Shown here: piece after piece, positions 62,001 through 64,000 of the stretch
Position numbering within the stretch: the first letter of the stretch is position 1
How the letters are laid out: each line of letters begins with the position of its first letter
Source: Vicugna vicugna
Lineage: Eukaryota
NCBI GenBank assembly: GCA_013265495.1
Contig: MU058669.1
Span: forward strand, 602,056-666,055
DNA: 64,000 nucleotides
Reading direction: 5' to 3'
The notes under the pieces: generated by a model
What the model saw: only the letters and a program-made list of their open reading frames with translations
What the model was told of the DNA's origin: nothing
The model's database searches: none
Made by a program: the position numbers and the translations under genes

Positions 62001-63139
62001 TGTCAGTAATGGTATCATAATGTCAGCCTCTTCTATGAGTGCATGGGAACAAGTGTCATTTTAACAGCTGCTCTTTGTGTGAATTGGCTCTGAGTTGTTC
62101 CAAACATGTCTTTTGCTTTTCAATTTTATATCTTTTTCCTGCTATTTTGAAAGGCATGTTGTTTCCTCTTTTCCTACTTCTGTCCGCTCTCCTCCTCTTT
62201 CCTCGACTCCAGAAAACCTGAATTTTCCTACCTTCTATGCCACTTGCTGGCTCTGAGTCTTGACTCTGGTTACTTTCCCACCAAAAGCCTCGGTCCCCTC
62301 ATTGGTGCAGTGGGGCTAAGAAACCTTGTTCTGCCAAACGTGCTGAGATCCTGAGAGGACACAGGGAGAAGGTGGATGTGAACAGTGAAGCATAGCGAGT
62401 CCTACAAACACCAGGGCTGCTCCTCATTTTTATGGCTGCCTCCCAGCAGTGGGAGTTGTGAACGCCCAGCCAAGCCACCCTGTCCTCGCCCGTCCTGGGG
62501 AATAAGACACAGCACGCACACAAAGGGAACAGCGTGCTTTTTTGTCTCTGATTCTGTGGGTTTATGACAGATGCCTCCCTGAAGCCAAGATTGAGTTTAT
62601 CTTTGGAGAACCATTTAGAAAAAAGTTGTATTGGAGATGACTTTCAGTGCAGCACAATAATTTAATTTTAATTATTGATGTGACTTGAACCTGGCATTTT
62701 GGATCTGTTTAGGCCTCTTGAAAGCTTGATGATTTTTCAACATTCTGAGGCCTCTAATTAACTATCTAGCCAGAGGTTTTCCGCATCAAGTAAACATACT
62801 GTAATTCCATTATTAGAGTTCTCTGGAGAAATCAACTGTATCCTTGGTGCTGAATGGGAAAATTCATCAGCCCGGGGAGAGTGATGGTGAAATGCAGGCC
62901 CAGAGATGCATTCTGAGATGACAGCTAGGGGCAGGTAGTCAGACTGGTCCCCTTTCTCCTGGTTCCGTTTGTCTGTAAGGCCCTGCAGAGTTAAGGACTT
63001 CAGCCCTCTGTTCCACTAGATTTAGCACATTAGGATAGGAAATAAACTCTCTTGGAAATTGGCTAGTTCATGTGCCAAAGGTAGTGCTTGCCTGAAGCAA
63101 GTTGTTAAGGATTTTGAGTCCATATTGCTTAATTTAGCA

Positions 63140-63340
63140 ATTCATTTTGTACTTACCATGCACCAGGCATTTTCCTAAGCCCCTGCATTTGGGTTAAGTC
63201 ACTTAATTCTAGCAACAGTATGATGAGGCAGGTACCACGAATAATCCCTTCCCTATGGATGAGAAAACTCAACTAACATGCTTCCAGTCACACAGCTTAT
63301 AAGAGGTGGAGCTGGGATTCAAACTCAGGAAGTTGTGTTC
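63140..63340 (-). mobile_element. MIR SINE
   Basis: tacttaccatgcaccaggca...gatgagaaaactc...gtcacacagcttataagaggtggagctgggattcaaactcagg. Confidence 0.75.
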
Positions 63341-63814
63341 CATTAAGCTCTAGTAGTGTGAAGTGCTTGGCTTGAGGCTGACACAGGGTGAGAACTGGGT
63401 GACTCTGGTTTGGACAGATGATGCTCTTATTGTCACTTGAGGTTGCCATAGATAAGTATGCATTTCCTAGCACCAGATATTTTTAAGCAGAACATTCCCC
63501 TTTTTCCTGGCTATGTATGCTCATCCTTTAGATACAGCTTAAATTTCATTCAAGAGAGGCTTTGCCTGGTCCATTCCAGACATCCTGGTCCAAAAGAGGT
63601 GCCCTTGCTATGAGCTCTCATGACATCCTTTGCTCTTTCTTTTTACATTTGCCTCAATGTGTAGTATTTAATATGTATCTGTGTGATCATTTGTGAACTC
63701 CTGTCTCCTCTCCTGTCTGTGAATTTGATGCTGTGTTCCCAGAGCTTGGAAGACAGCCAGCACTCAGTTGTTAGATGAAGGGCTTGGTTGGTTATTTAAC
63801 CACGGTACCCAATA

Positions 63815-64000
63815 GTAGTGTTTTTCAAACTGTGGGTCATGACCCCTTCGTGAGCCTTGAAATTCATTTTGTGGCTTTTGACAGCATTTAAAAGCATGAA
63901 AAAGAAGAGCAAGTGTTGGAATACTTCACACTTGGAAATGATACATATTCTTTTGTGAGGCTTTCACTATATAATGTGTGTACACTGGGTTGGATGTAAA
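63815..64000. mobile_element. hAT-Charlie-type element running off the window edge
   Basis: TIR-like start agtgtttttcaaactgtgggtcatgaccc; family not assigned. Confidence 0.5.

Noticed and set aside
1..64000. CRISPR arrays, rRNA, operon-like or prokaryotic systems
   Set aside because: No regularly spaced repeat-spacer array or dense coding; the repeat content is that of a eutherian genome.

Overview
Mammalian non-coding DNA, most likely from a camelid (alpaca/llama/camel), inferred from four tRNA-derived SINEs matching my recollection of the Vic-1 family. I could not recognise any cellular protein-coding gene. The only ORFs with recognisable homology are broken LINE-1 ORF2 pieces (about 46.4-49.3 kb and 51.7-51.9 kb) and a Tigger7 transposase N-terminal remnant. 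The window is a mosaic of MIR, L2, CR1, L1, MaLR/ERV LTRs and hAT/Tigger DNA transposons with three N gaps. It looks GC-richer at both ends and AT-richer from about 29 to 46 kb (by eye). The clearest structures are: (1) a ~5.26 kb head-to-tail tandem duplication (8469-13723 / 13725-18980, ~99.5% identical); (2) a nested L1 complex at 45.9-51.9 kb with a ~430 bp microsatellite inside ORF2, two inverted L1 3' ends around a gap and a CpG-rich 5'UTR; (3) an LTR cluster at 36-39 kb; (4) weak chains of splice-site-bounded segments on both strands that might be lncRNA or decayed-gene exons. I found no convincing new biological system. Repeat family names come from memory of consensus sequences, not from a search, and repeat boundaries are approximate unless a TSD or TIR is quoted.
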